Of a stretch of 64,000 nt of DNA, positions 27,461 to 37,000 are shown one piece after another. Every line of letters begins with the position of its first letter. Position 1 is the first letter of the stretch. Location: positions 11,606-75,605 of IMG/VR virus record IMGVR_UViG_3300031236_000004; one strand, 5' to 3'. The notes beneath the pieces were generated by a model. That model worked only from the letters and a program-made list of their open reading frames with translations, did no database searches and was not told the origin of the DNA. The position numbers were made by a program, and so were the translations under genes. This DNA is from a virus.

Positions 27461-29890
27461 ATGCCGGCCATCGGGTACGGATACAACCTCCTGAGCGGAC
27501 TTTCCGACTTCTGGACTCGCTTCTTCGCCGACGCGGATCAGCTCTCGGCCCTGTACGAGGGCTCGGCCCTCCTCATCGGCCAGGCCTACCTCGACTACCT
27601 CTCGACGGTCCTCGGCGTGTCGCTGCAGGACTGCGTCGCGCTCGATCGCGAGCTGTTCCAGCTCATCACGATCCGCGAGGATCAGGTCTCGTTCGTCGAG
27701 GGCGACGTCACGGCGGACGACCGCTGGTCGTTCGCGCTGCCCAGCGTCACCGCCGGCGGCGCGCCGCAGCAGGTGGTGTCGTTCGTCTCGCTCGACAACC
27801 AGGTCGTCGAGCCGACCGCGTCGCTCGAGCCCAACCTCGACTTCGAGTTCGGCGGCAGCGCGGTCCTGTTCCACGCGGACCCGACCAACCCGACCGGCAG
27901 CGGCGTCCCGCTCGACGGGTTCGCGCGCCGCACCGTCGACGTCGCCGTCGGCGGCCAGTTCACCGACTCCGCGGTCGCGGACTGGACCGCGACGAGCGTC
28001 GCCAAGGGCGACGCGATCCGGCTGCTCGACGTCGGCACGAACGGGCTGCAGCGGCGCAGGGCGGACTACCCCGTCGTCCTGGTGCGCGCGCCTGGCCTCT
28101 TCGTCTCCAGCTCGACCCCGATGCCGCCGCCGGCCTCGTCGGTCGACTACGTCGTCCTGCGCGTCCCGTTCAACGCCCAGGTGGTGTCCGAGTCGGACTC
28201 CGTCGTCGGTGGCGTCGGGGGCACGCTGACGCTGGGGCACACGCGCGTCGACCAGGGCTCGCTGTCGATCTACGCGCCCAACCCGATCGGCGCCAACGTC
28301 GTCGAGGGCACGGACTACACCGTCAACTACGAGACCGGCGTCGTCACCGTGCTGACCGCGTGGCTGCGCCTGCCCGGCCCCTACGGCGTGAGCTACACGT
28401 GGCGCGAGGAGGTCTTCCCGGCCTCCGGCGCGTCGCCGCGCCTGGCCACCACCGGCGTCATCGCGGCGCAGTCGACGGCGACCGTCCCGCTGACGACCAC
28501 CGCGCTCGAGATCGCGGCCTGGGCGCCGGACGCCCGCGTCGATCGCCTGACGCTGGCCAACAACTTCGGCGCGCTCATCGGGTACTCGCAGCCCAGCTCG
28601 GAGGCGTACCGCGCGTTCCTGCGGGGCATCTTCCAGCTCTACGTCCTGGGCCCGGTGCTCGACCGCATCGAGAGCGCGCTCAACGTCGTCATGAACCTCC
28701 CCGTCGTCCACCAGGACGGCGAGATCTACCAGTCGGCCGACACGAGCAACCCGACGGTCTGGCAGATCTTCACGACCTCGCCGACGTCCGGGCAGACGGT
28801 CGCGTACTCGTTCCCGCCGAACACGCCGCTGCGGGCGGACTTGACCGCCGGGTCCGTCCTGTCGGCCTTCGAGGTGCTCACGACGGCGGTCACGGTCACC
28901 GACTACGTGCAGACGCCGAGCTGGTGGTACGGACAGGTCGTCCCGAAGGCGCTGTTCGGGGGAATGGTTCCCCCGATCGACCGGCGCACCGCGAGCCCCG
29001 TCTACGTCGAGCACGTCTGCAACCCGTCGGACGGCGCGCTGTGCGGCGACCCGGGCCTGATCTGCGGTGCCGACGAGGACGGGTTCGTCCCCTCGAACGG
29101 CAAGACCCCGCTGCGCCACCGCATGGCCTTCGTCCTGATGAACCGCTACCTCAAGTTCCACACGTTCTCCGTGTCGTTCAACGCGATCGCGCTGTCGGCA
29201 ATCGCCAGCTCCGCGGCCGCGTTCGCCCAGAGCCTGGACAACCTCAACAACCTCGTCCTGTCCGCCAAGCCGTCCTACACCTACGTGTTCACGACGCCCG
29301 GCACGTTCCTCGCCGACGCCGTCGAGGTGGACGAGGACGACATCTCGTTCGACCGGCTGGTGGGCTCGCGCGTGTACGGTCCCGACGAGGTGATCTTCAC
29401 GGACGGGTACCCGATCTCGGGCACCAACGGCTGGCTGTCGGGCGACTACTTCCACTACGAGGTGTTCACGGCGTCGACGGCGTTCCCGACGCCCAGCACG
29501 CCCGTCGCGCTGCCCGACGCACCGGCGTCGCCGCGCCGGCGGCGTCTGGTCAAGGTCGACATGTCCGCGGGCGCCATCGGCGGCCTCAAGCTGATCGAGA
29601 ACGTCGACTACTCGGTCGACTACGTGAACTGCACGGTCACGCGCCTCACGACGTGGACGTCCACCACGATCAACGTGACGTTCAGGCAGCTCAACATCGG
29701 CAACCTGTCGAACGCGGCCCCGACGCCGAGCCTGGGCGACATGTACCTCCAGACCGGCGGGATCGACCCCGCGCTCACCACGGCCGCGTTCAACCCCGCA
29801 GCCGCCGGGTGGGATGGTACGGTCGAGGGCCTCACTGCCCCGCGAGACATCGGGATGGTGGAGAGCCCCCTCATCATCACCGTGACCTAG
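27461..29890 (+). CDS. baseplate wedge/structural protein
   Basis: 809 aa, beta-rich, Ig-like repeats (EGTDYTVNY, ENVDYSVDY); follows baseplate J. Confidence 0.65.
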   Translation: MPAIGYGYNLLSGLSDFWTRFFADADQLSALYEGSALLIGQAYLDYLSTVLGVSLQDCVALDRELFQLITIREDQVSFVEGDVTADDRWSFALPSVTAGGAPQQVVSFVSLDNQVVEPTASLEPNLDFEFGGSAVLFHADPTNPTGSGVPLDGFARRTVDVAVGGQFTDSAVADWTATSVAKGDAIRLLDVGTNGLQRRRADYPVVLVRAPGLFVSSSTPMPPPASSVDYVVLRVPFNAQVVSESDSVVGGVGGTLTLGHTRVDQGSLSIYAPNPIGANVVEGTDYTVNYETGVVTVLTAWLRLPGPYGVSYTWREEVFPASGASPRLATTGVIAAQSTATVPLTTTALEIAAWAPDARVDRLTLANNFGALIGYSQPSSEAYRAFLRGIFQLYVLGPVLDRIESALNVVMNLPVVHQDGEIYQSADTSNPTVWQIFTTSPTSGQTVAYSFPPNTPLRADLTAGSVLSAFEVLTTAVTVTDYVQTPSWWYGQVVPKALFGGMVPPIDRRTASPVYVEHVCNPSDGALCGDPGLICGADEDGFVPSNGKTPLRHRMAFVLMNRYLKFHTFSVSFNAIALSAIASSAAAFAQSLDNLNNLVLSAKPSYTYVFTTPGTFLADAVEVDEDDISFDRLVGSRVYGPDEVIFTDGYPISGTNGWLSGDYFHYEVFTASTAFPTPSTPVALPDAPASPRRRRLVKVDMSAGAIGGLKLIENVDYSVDYVNCTVTRLTTWTSTTINVTFRQLNIGNLSNAAPTPSLGDMYLQTGGIDPALTTAAFNPAAAGWDGTVEGLTAPRDIGMVESPLIITVT

Positions 29891-29908
29891 AATTCGGAGG
29901 CCCTCCAC

Positions 29909-30451
29909 ATGCGCAAGCGACTACTGCAACGCGGACTGAATACCCTCCCGATGCGGGGGACCATCGAGATGGTCGTGCGCGACGCAAGGACGCGCAAGCC
30001 GCTGCGGAGGATCGCCATCCGCAACAAGATCATGTACCTCGCGGCGGACGTGCTCGTCGAACTCCTGGCGCAGCGGGCGACGGACCCGGCGCCGCTCGGC
30101 GACGCCATCTACTCGATGCGGATGGGGACCTCGACGACGCAGCCGACGCGCGCGGACACGAACCTCGGAGCCTTCGCGTTCGGCGTCGCGCTCGGCGACG
30201 TCGGCAAGGTCACGATCGCGCAGGGCGCGATCAGCTTCGTGGCGACGCTCGAGTCGGGCGACGCGAACGGCAACACGCTCACGGAGGCGGGGCTGTTCAC
30301 CGGCGGCACGGCGTTCTCGGTGAGCGACACGCCGGGAACGACGCCGGGGACGACTCGGATGTTCGCGCACCAGGTCTACGCTGGCATTGCTAAAAGCTCT
30401 GCAATTGTCATAGATTATAGTTGGACAATCAGTTTTACTTCGAGTCCATAG
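29909..30451 (+). CDS. tail collar/fiber-base-like protein
   Basis: RNKIMY, GTSTTQPTRADTNL, LTEAGLF and IVIDYSWTI pattern seen before myophage fiber genes. Confidence 0.6.
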   Translation: MRKRLLQRGLNTLPMRGTIEMVVRDARTRKPLRRIAIRNKIMYLAADVLVELLAQRATDPAPLGDAIYSMRMGTSTTQPTRADTNLGAFAFGVALGDVGKVTIAQGAISFVATLESGDANGNTLTEAGLFTGGTAFSVSDTPGTTPGTTRMFAHQVYAGIAKSSAIVIDYSWTISFTSSP

Positions 30452-30452
30452 C

Positions 30453-31016
30453 GTGGGCCGAATCGTCAAAATGGAAATCGGTAACACGTATGGACGCCTC
30501 ACGGTCCTTGCGCAGGAAGGCACCTTGCCTGACGGGACGCTTAAGTACCGCTGCGGATGTTCATGCGGAAATGAACACATTACTGCCGGGACAAACCTTC
30601 GCCGAGGTGTTACGCGCAGCTGTGGCTGTCTTGTGCGAGAAAACAAAGGTTCCTTGCGTTTCTTTGATCGCGAGGTTCCAGCGTTCAATCAAGTCGTTGT
30701 TGCTTATCGTACGCAAGCCGCGCGTAGGAGTCTGGCCTGGGAACTTAGCGATGACGATTGTCGTCGTCTCTTTAAGTCCGCATGTTTCTATTGCGGCGAT
30801 GTCGAGACCAACACGGTCACCAAGCAACGCAAACATCACCCTCCGTGTGTATTCAAGTACAACGGCATCGACCGGTGCGACTCTAGCCTCGGCTACGTGT
30901 TGTCCAACGTCGTGTCCTGCTGCTTTATCGACAACCGCGCGAAGCGCGACATGTCGATGTCCGACTACTTGGCGTGGTTGGCGCGCCTCATCGATCACCG
31001 CAACCGCATTTCGTAA
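30453..31016 (+). CDS. free-standing HNH homing endonuclease
   Basis: YGRLTV, CGCSCG, TRSCGC, CFYCG, GIDRCDSSLGYVLSNVVSCC; low GC. Confidence 0.85.
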   Translation: MGRIVKMEIGNTYGRLTVLAQEGTLPDGTLKYRCGCSCGNEHITAGTNLRRGVTRSCGCLVRENKGSLRFFDREVPAFNQVVVAYRTQAARRSLAWELSDDDCRRLFKSACFYCGDVETNTVTKQRKHHPPCVFKYNGIDRCDSSLGYVLSNVVSCCFIDNRAKRDMSMSDYLAWLARLIDHRNRIS

Positions 31017-31028
31017 CGGAGAACGCAC

Positions 31029-33524
31029 ATGCCCGGCACCGTAGACCAGTTCATCGACTACTCCGCAGGGTCCAACGGCGACTCGGGCGAGAACACCGTC
31101 CTGTCCGTCCTGCCGCTCCTCGACGGCCAGGCGCTGAACAACGCCAACATCATGCGCTCCGTCGAGAGCCTGCGGCAGCGCTTCGAGGCCGTCCGCAGCG
31201 TCTTCAAGGACTCGCTCTACCTCCGCGACGCGGACCGCCACCTGGTGATCGCGGGGCCGGGGCTGATCACCTGGCCCGGCAGCACGACGGCGTCGGCGAG
31301 CGGCATTCCCGTCATCAGCGACAACCTCTACGTCCTGCCGATGCTCACGCCGGGCTTCGCGCAAACGCCGCCGATCCCGCCCGTCGGCTCCGCGTTCGGC
31401 ACCATCGTCCTGCAGAAGACAGGTCCCGCCGCGGGCATCGTCGTCACGTCGCTCCGCCGGAGCTACGCCAGCGGCGACCAGATCAGCATCGACGTCGTGT
31501 CGGGCGCGTCGTTCTCGTGCACGCTCGACGTCGAGCTGGCCACGACGTTCCAGCGCACGATCCACATCGTGGCCACCGGCTCGACCGCGCTGGCCACCGT
31601 GATCACCGCGCTCGCGGCGCTCACGCCGAACGCGCCCTCGGGTGACCTGACCCCCATCGTGTCCGCGGCGCTGGCGGTCGGCGCCTCCGGCTCCGACCTG
31701 ATCCTGGCGACGCAGGCCAAGCAGTTCATGTCGGGGAACTACGACGGCGAGGGCCACACCATCACGCCGGCGAACCTCGCGGCGTTCTTCACCGCGAACC
31801 CATCCTCGGCGCTCGCCGAGGGTGACACGCTGGGCATCTCCTTCGCGGAGGTCGCCGACACCTCCACGATGGGTGGGCGCCGTCAGGCGATCCCTGAGAA
31901 TTCGAACACCGCTGTGGGCGTCGGCTCGTTCTTCAACAGCCGCGTCAGCCCCAACCTGCTCGTCAACGCCATCCCGATCTGCAAGGTCGTCAACGGCTAC
32001 CTGGTATTCGGCACCGGCGCGACCGTGCCAGCGGGCGCCGTGACTGTGAACCTCGGCACCGTCACCGCCGCGAGCGTGAACTACGCCGGGGGTCCTAACT
32101 GGGCCGACGGTACGACGAACCCCGCGACGACGGTCCAGGCGCAGCTGTCGAAAGTCATCTCGGACCTCGCCGGCGCCGCGGGCACGGCCAAGGTCCAGGG
32201 TGCGACCGTGTCATCGTGGCTCACGGCCGCGACGCTCGCGGCCCAGCTCGTCAAGCTCGAGCAGCTCGCGCGCAACCCGCGCTCGCTCGCCAACAGCGAC
32301 GTCGTCCCGCTGGTGACCTACCGGGATTTCGGCACCAACCCGCGTTCGCTCGTCGATCACAACGGCTATCGGATGGGCCAAGTCACCGAGATCAGCGACG
32401 ACTGGTCCGAGTTGCGCGCGCGGACCCTCAGGGTCTCGCCCTCGGCGGCGGCGTTCGCCGTCGGCTCGGGTACCGCGGGCGGCTGGATCACCGGGCCCGC
32501 CGCGCTCGACTTCAACTCCAGCGCTGTCGGCACGTACGACCTGGCGCTCTCCGGTGTTCCCGACGGCGCGTTCATCACCGGCGTGACCGTCTACGGAGTC
32601 GCCGGTGATGGCACGAGCACCTTCACGGCCACCCTGCAAAGCGTGGACGAGAGTGGCAGCCAGACGACGATCGTCGCTAACCACCGTACCGGCAATAGCG
32701 CGTTCTCGCTGTCACTGGGCACCTCGCCTTCTGCGGGCGCGTTGCCGTTCTACTACGACGCCGGGTTGATCATTCCCTTGTCGCTGAACCTGCAGATGGC
32801 GGTGAGCGGGTCCGTCGGCGCCTCGACCTCGGTCTTCCAGATCGAGATCGACTACGTCACGATGCCGGCGAGCTGGCAGCTCCTGGTCAGCACCGCAGGT
32901 GGCGGCAGCAACGGCTTCGTCACGGTCAGCACATCGACCGACTCGAACCTGCGGCAGCGCTCGCTCGCCCTGTCGTCGGGCACGGGCGTCAATCGATACA
33001 TCTTCGCGCGTCCCCTCAACTACAACGAGACGTTCGACGACAACTCGACCTACGTCGTCGAGTACATGCTGCGCACGGCGACCATCGACGACGGCGCGCA
33101 CGGTTGCGTGCTCCGCGCGAACCTCGTCGACGACGGCCTCGGCGCGAGTCAGGCGTTCGGCATCTACTGGGATCACTCACTGACGAACTGGCGTTTTCAG
33201 GTCGAAGCCAACATCAACACCGGCATCGCAGACAGCGTCACGAGCAGCGCGGACACCGGCGTGGCCGTGGCGAGCAACACGACCTACCGCGTGCGGCTCG
33301 AGTTCCAGGGCGCCAACGTCGTGGGCCTGTCGTCGGGCCAGGCTGAGCTGCGCTGCTACATCAACGGCGCACTTGTGGCGTCATTCGCGAGCATCACCTG
33401 GAGCAATCCCGACCTTCGTCCTCACTTCGAGGTCTACTCCAACTCGACGGGCGGACCCTACCAGATGAACGTCGGACGGGTTCGCCGCGTGTGGAACCAC
33501 CTGCTTTCGAACGACGCGCTCTAG
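31029..33524 (+). CDS. tail fiber / receptor-binding-like protein
   Basis: 831 aa, Ser/Thr/Gly/Ala-rich; last gene of tail operon; beta-rich C-terminal domain. Confidence 0.6.
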   Translation: MPGTVDQFIDYSAGSNGDSGENTVLSVLPLLDGQALNNANIMRSVESLRQRFEAVRSVFKDSLYLRDADRHLVIAGPGLITWPGSTTASASGIPVISDNLYVLPMLTPGFAQTPPIPPVGSAFGTIVLQKTGPAAGIVVTSLRRSYASGDQISIDVVSGASFSCTLDVELATTFQRTIHIVATGSTALATVITALAALTPNAPSGDLTPIVSAALAVGASGSDLILATQAKQFMSGNYDGEGHTITPANLAAFFTANPSSALAEGDTLGISFAEVADTSTMGGRRQAIPENSNTAVGVGSFFNSRVSPNLLVNAIPICKVVNGYLVFGTGATVPAGAVTVNLGTVTAASVNYAGGPNWADGTTNPATTVQAQLSKVISDLAGAAGTAKVQGATVSSWLTAATLAAQLVKLEQLARNPRSLANSDVVPLVTYRDFGTNPRSLVDHNGYRMGQVTEISDDWSELRARTLRVSPSAAAFAVGSGTAGGWITGPAALDFNSSAVGTYDLALSGVPDGAFITGVTVYGVAGDGTSTFTATLQSVDESGSQTTIVANHRTGNSAFSLSLGTSPSAGALPFYYDAGLIIPLSLNLQMAVSGSVGASTSVFQIEIDYVTMPASWQLLVSTAGGGSNGFVTVSTSTDSNLRQRSLALSSGTGVNRYIFARPLNYNETFDDNSTYVVEYMLRTATIDDGAHGCVLRANLVDDGLGASQAFGIYWDHSLTNWRFQVEANINTGIADSVTSSADTGVAVASNTTYRVRLEFQGANVVGLSSGQAELRCYINGALVASFASITWSNPDLRPHFEVYSNSTGGPYQMNVGRVRRVWNHLLSNDAL

Positions 33525-33811
33525 TCGTCGACGTCGCGAACGATCGGCTCTCCGCCGCCCCCGATCACGCGGCACCCGAACTCGCACCACCGGATGCGCC
33601 TCCCCGCCCGGTGGAACTCCACGACGAGTCCGCCCTGGCTCGGCAGCTCAGGGTCGCTCGAGGTCTTCCAGTCGTACAGCGACCTGACGACGACGGAGTC
33701 GTAGGCCGGGTGCTCGCTGGGGTAGGTGCCGACCCCGCGCTGCAGGTACGAGAACGCCAGCCTCTTCAGCATGGGGGTCAGGCCGAGCCGGTGGTCGACC
33801 TTCGCGCTCAC
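33521..33811 (-). CDS. hypothetical protein
   Basis: 96 aa; GTGA overlap with upstream ORF. Confidence 0.55.
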   Translation of the reverse strand: MSAKVDHRLGLTPMLKRLAFSYLQRGVGTYPSEHPAYDSVVVRSLYDWKTSSDPELPSQGGLVVEFHRAGRRIRWCEFGCRVIGGGGEPIVRDVDD

Positions 33812-34023
33812 CCCGCGGCCTTGGCGGGCTTCCTAACCTCGAGCGGCTGGAACTGCTCGTACGCGAACCCGCCGGGCTGGCCGCGCCGGAGCACGAGCTT
33901 GACGAGCGTGGCGTCCTTCAGGCAGGAGCCGCAGATCTCGGCGGAGGAGCGCCCGCGCTCCGTGGCGACCAGGCCCTCCTCGTCGGGGTTGAACGCGGCC
34001 TGGCAGTTGTCGCAGTTGGTCAT
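33808..34023 (-). CDS. small Zn-finger protein
   Basis: CDNC...CGSC; preceded by the conserved junction motif. Confidence 0.65.
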   Translation of the reverse strand: MTNCDNCQAAFNPDEEGLVATERGRSSAEICGSCLKDATLVKLVLRRGQPGGFAYEQFQPLEVRKPAKAAG

Positions 34024-34046
34024 GCGACAGGTTTATCACGCCGACG

Positions 34047-37000
34047 TCAGGCGATGCTACACGCGCCGCCCGCGCACGCGGGCTCCGCGGTCACGCTCGT
34101 CCCGTCCTCGGCCTCCACCATCGAGTAGTAGTCGACCGGCCGGTAGTCCGCGATCAGCTCGTTCCAGCGGCGCTCCTGGGCCTCGGTGCGCACAGCCTCG
34201 AACGGCGCGAAGGCGTAGATCGTGTCCGTGTCGTCGGGCACGAGCGACACGCCCGTGAAGTCGCCGCGGTTCCGCCAGAGGTAGTCCGCGACCGTCTTCC
34301 ACTCGTCGGACCTCACCGTAATCGTGTTCGACACGTTGTGGCTCGCGTCGCCGCGCGCGGTGCCCGGCACGACCCAGCTCTGCTGCGTCGAGCGGACCAC
34401 CTCCATGAACTGCTCGGCGGTCAGGTCCTCCTTGAGCGTCGCCCCCTCGGGAGCCTCGACGGGGAACTCGACGGTCCACTTCCCGTTCGGCATGCGCTGG
34501 CACATGTGCGGGTTGACCTGCCTGAACGCCTGGAACACGGCCTCGTACTCGTCCGCGGTGACGCGGCGGATGTAGCGCCGGGCGTGGTGCGGGTGGATGC
34601 CGGACCCGACGTTGCCCAGCTCGAGAGACGTCGTGTTGTGGCTCTTAACAGCTCCGTCGTAGAACCAGTGCGTTCCCTCAACCTCGACGTCAAATGTCGG
34701 CATCACGCCGAGCGAGCGAACCTCGCGCACCTTGCCTGCGATTTGACGACCCCGCTTTGTCTCTTTATCCATCTGCCATTCGACAAAACGAGAATCCGTC
34801 ATGTGCATCGAACATTTCACGCTGCATGCGACCAAGTGCGCGAAGGCATCCCGATCTGTGGGGCCCGCCGCCAGCACGAGGTGATACAAGTGCCGTTCGG
34901 ATTGGAAACTCTCTCCTTGGGATTGCAGCGACCGACCGAAACCAAGGCCCACCGACCACATGACCTGCTGAAAATGTCGCGCGAATGCCTCGGTCGCAGA
35001 AGACACTTGGACTCGACTGCCCGTCGACGTCGGGGAAACGCAGCCATCCGAGTCGACCAGCCCCGATGCGAACGCCACGACGTGTCGCCACGACGAGCTG
35101 CGAACGCAGCGCGGAATGATGTCGAGCGTCTTTGCTTCGGCGTATTTTTCTAGTCCATTGCGTACACACCACAGCCACAGGTGCTTCGAAGCGACCTCTA
35201 GGCTAGCCGCGTTGCGGTCTGTCAATTCGACCACCTCCCCGCGCAAGCCGAACTTCTCTTCGATGATCTGAGCAGCCTTCGCGATCGTCTGACGATTTCC
35301 GTCGACAAACCGCAGCCGGTATTTGCTGACAGACATCGCGCCGTCTCCCCATAGATAGCCGGCGAGCCACGCCAGGTCATCATCCATGACCATAGGCATC
35401 GTGATCGGTCGAGCGTTTGAGCGCATCGTTAACGCTCGGGGATTAACAGCCTTCAACGAGGCTGCGTGTTCGTTCCGATAAGGCGCGATGGCCACGTCGA
35501 GCACATCTCCGGGGCGCAGCTCGCCCGCCGGAATCCAAGCATCCACGGGCGTCCAATGAGACGTACTATTGTGGTCGTGATGGGCGTGCACACGCCACGG
35601 ATGGTTCCTCGTAGAACGGACCACCAGACCGAAATTCATTTCGACTTCGAGGACTTCAGCGAGGCCGTTGTCGAACGTTTTGGTGAGGCGAGACTGGGTC
35701 CCGTCTTGGACGGCAGACAAACCTTCAACGGGGGCCCACGTTTCCCCCGTTGGATGGTCCGCAAATAACTCTTCCAGCGTTAGGACGCCGCAGTTGGTCA
35801 CCGTCAAGGAGTCCCACGGGCGACACCCGCTGGGCTTGACGCAGGTCGTCCTCGCCGCGGGGTTGATGTCGAGCACCTCCGCCCACTCCGCGTTCCACGC
35901 GATCACGCGCGCGGCGATCGCGCGCTAGAAGGCCGGGTTGCAGGCGACGTGCGGCGCGTCCTGCATGCCGGTCATGCCGACGCCGAGCAGGGCGTCGCGG
36001 CGCACGATGGCCTCCGTCACCTTGCCGAGGTAGGGCATGTCCGTGTACGTGGCCTGCAGCGTCCCGATGACGGTCGCGGCCCAGGCCGCCTCGCGGAAGT
36101 CCTCGAACGAGGTGAGCCTCGCCGCGTTGATCTCGGTGAGGTTGCACATCGCCCAGCCCGTCGATCTCGTCTCGTTCGCGTGTTCGAGAACCGGTTGGAG
36201 GTTGATCTCACCGCAGTTCGACACGAGCAGCCCACCCGTCCAGTACGTGTGCTCCTCAGCCTCGACGGTGATGTCGTAGACGGAATGGTCGCCCATGGTC
36301 GTCCGACACTCGATCTCGTGCGTGGACCGGCCGTCTTGGTTCGGATACAGGGCTCTGTCGATCGAGCGGGCCTCACGGACCTCCACGCGCTTTCCGTGAA
36401 CCATCACGCGGTGGTTCTCCGTTCCGAAGAAAACCCCGGCTTGCGTGTGGTAACCGAAGACCGGCTTGACCCCGGTCAATACCTTGTGCGTGATCTTCGT
36501 CCACCTGACCCCGGACCAGATCGTACTCCCGACGCCGACGTCATCGAAGGTGCGGATGCCGTCGGGCGTGAGCACCGTCGCCCACCCAGGCTGACAAGGG
36601 TTCGTGACGTGGTCGTAGTCGTTCACGAACAACACGCCGGGCTCCCCGTAGTGCCGCGTCATCCCGAAGATCCGCTTGAACTGCTTCTCCTTCGCCTCGT
36701 CGCGCTTGAGCACGACCGAGTTGTTCGCGTTGGCCAGCCAGGGTTCCTTGTTGAACCAGCTGCGGTCTGCCTTGACGTTCATTAGCTCGCTGTCCTCAAG
36801 CGAGAACAGGCAGATCATCGCGCTGTTATGAACGAGTAAGCCTTCGGCCACAAATTCGTGGTCACGTTCGATCGTAAGATCAAACGTCGCACTCGTTCCT
36901 ACGCCTTGCTTGACTTCGATTACGGCGATCGGCATGAGCCCACGCCGATCTACGCCGCAGCGCTCTGCCGTGCCCGCTGTCATCTGGGCACTGACGGGTG

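Noticed and set aside
14521-33524. Stand-alone contractile injection system (eCIS/tailocin)
   Set aside because: Terminase, polymerase, primase and RNR in the same window indicate a complete phage.
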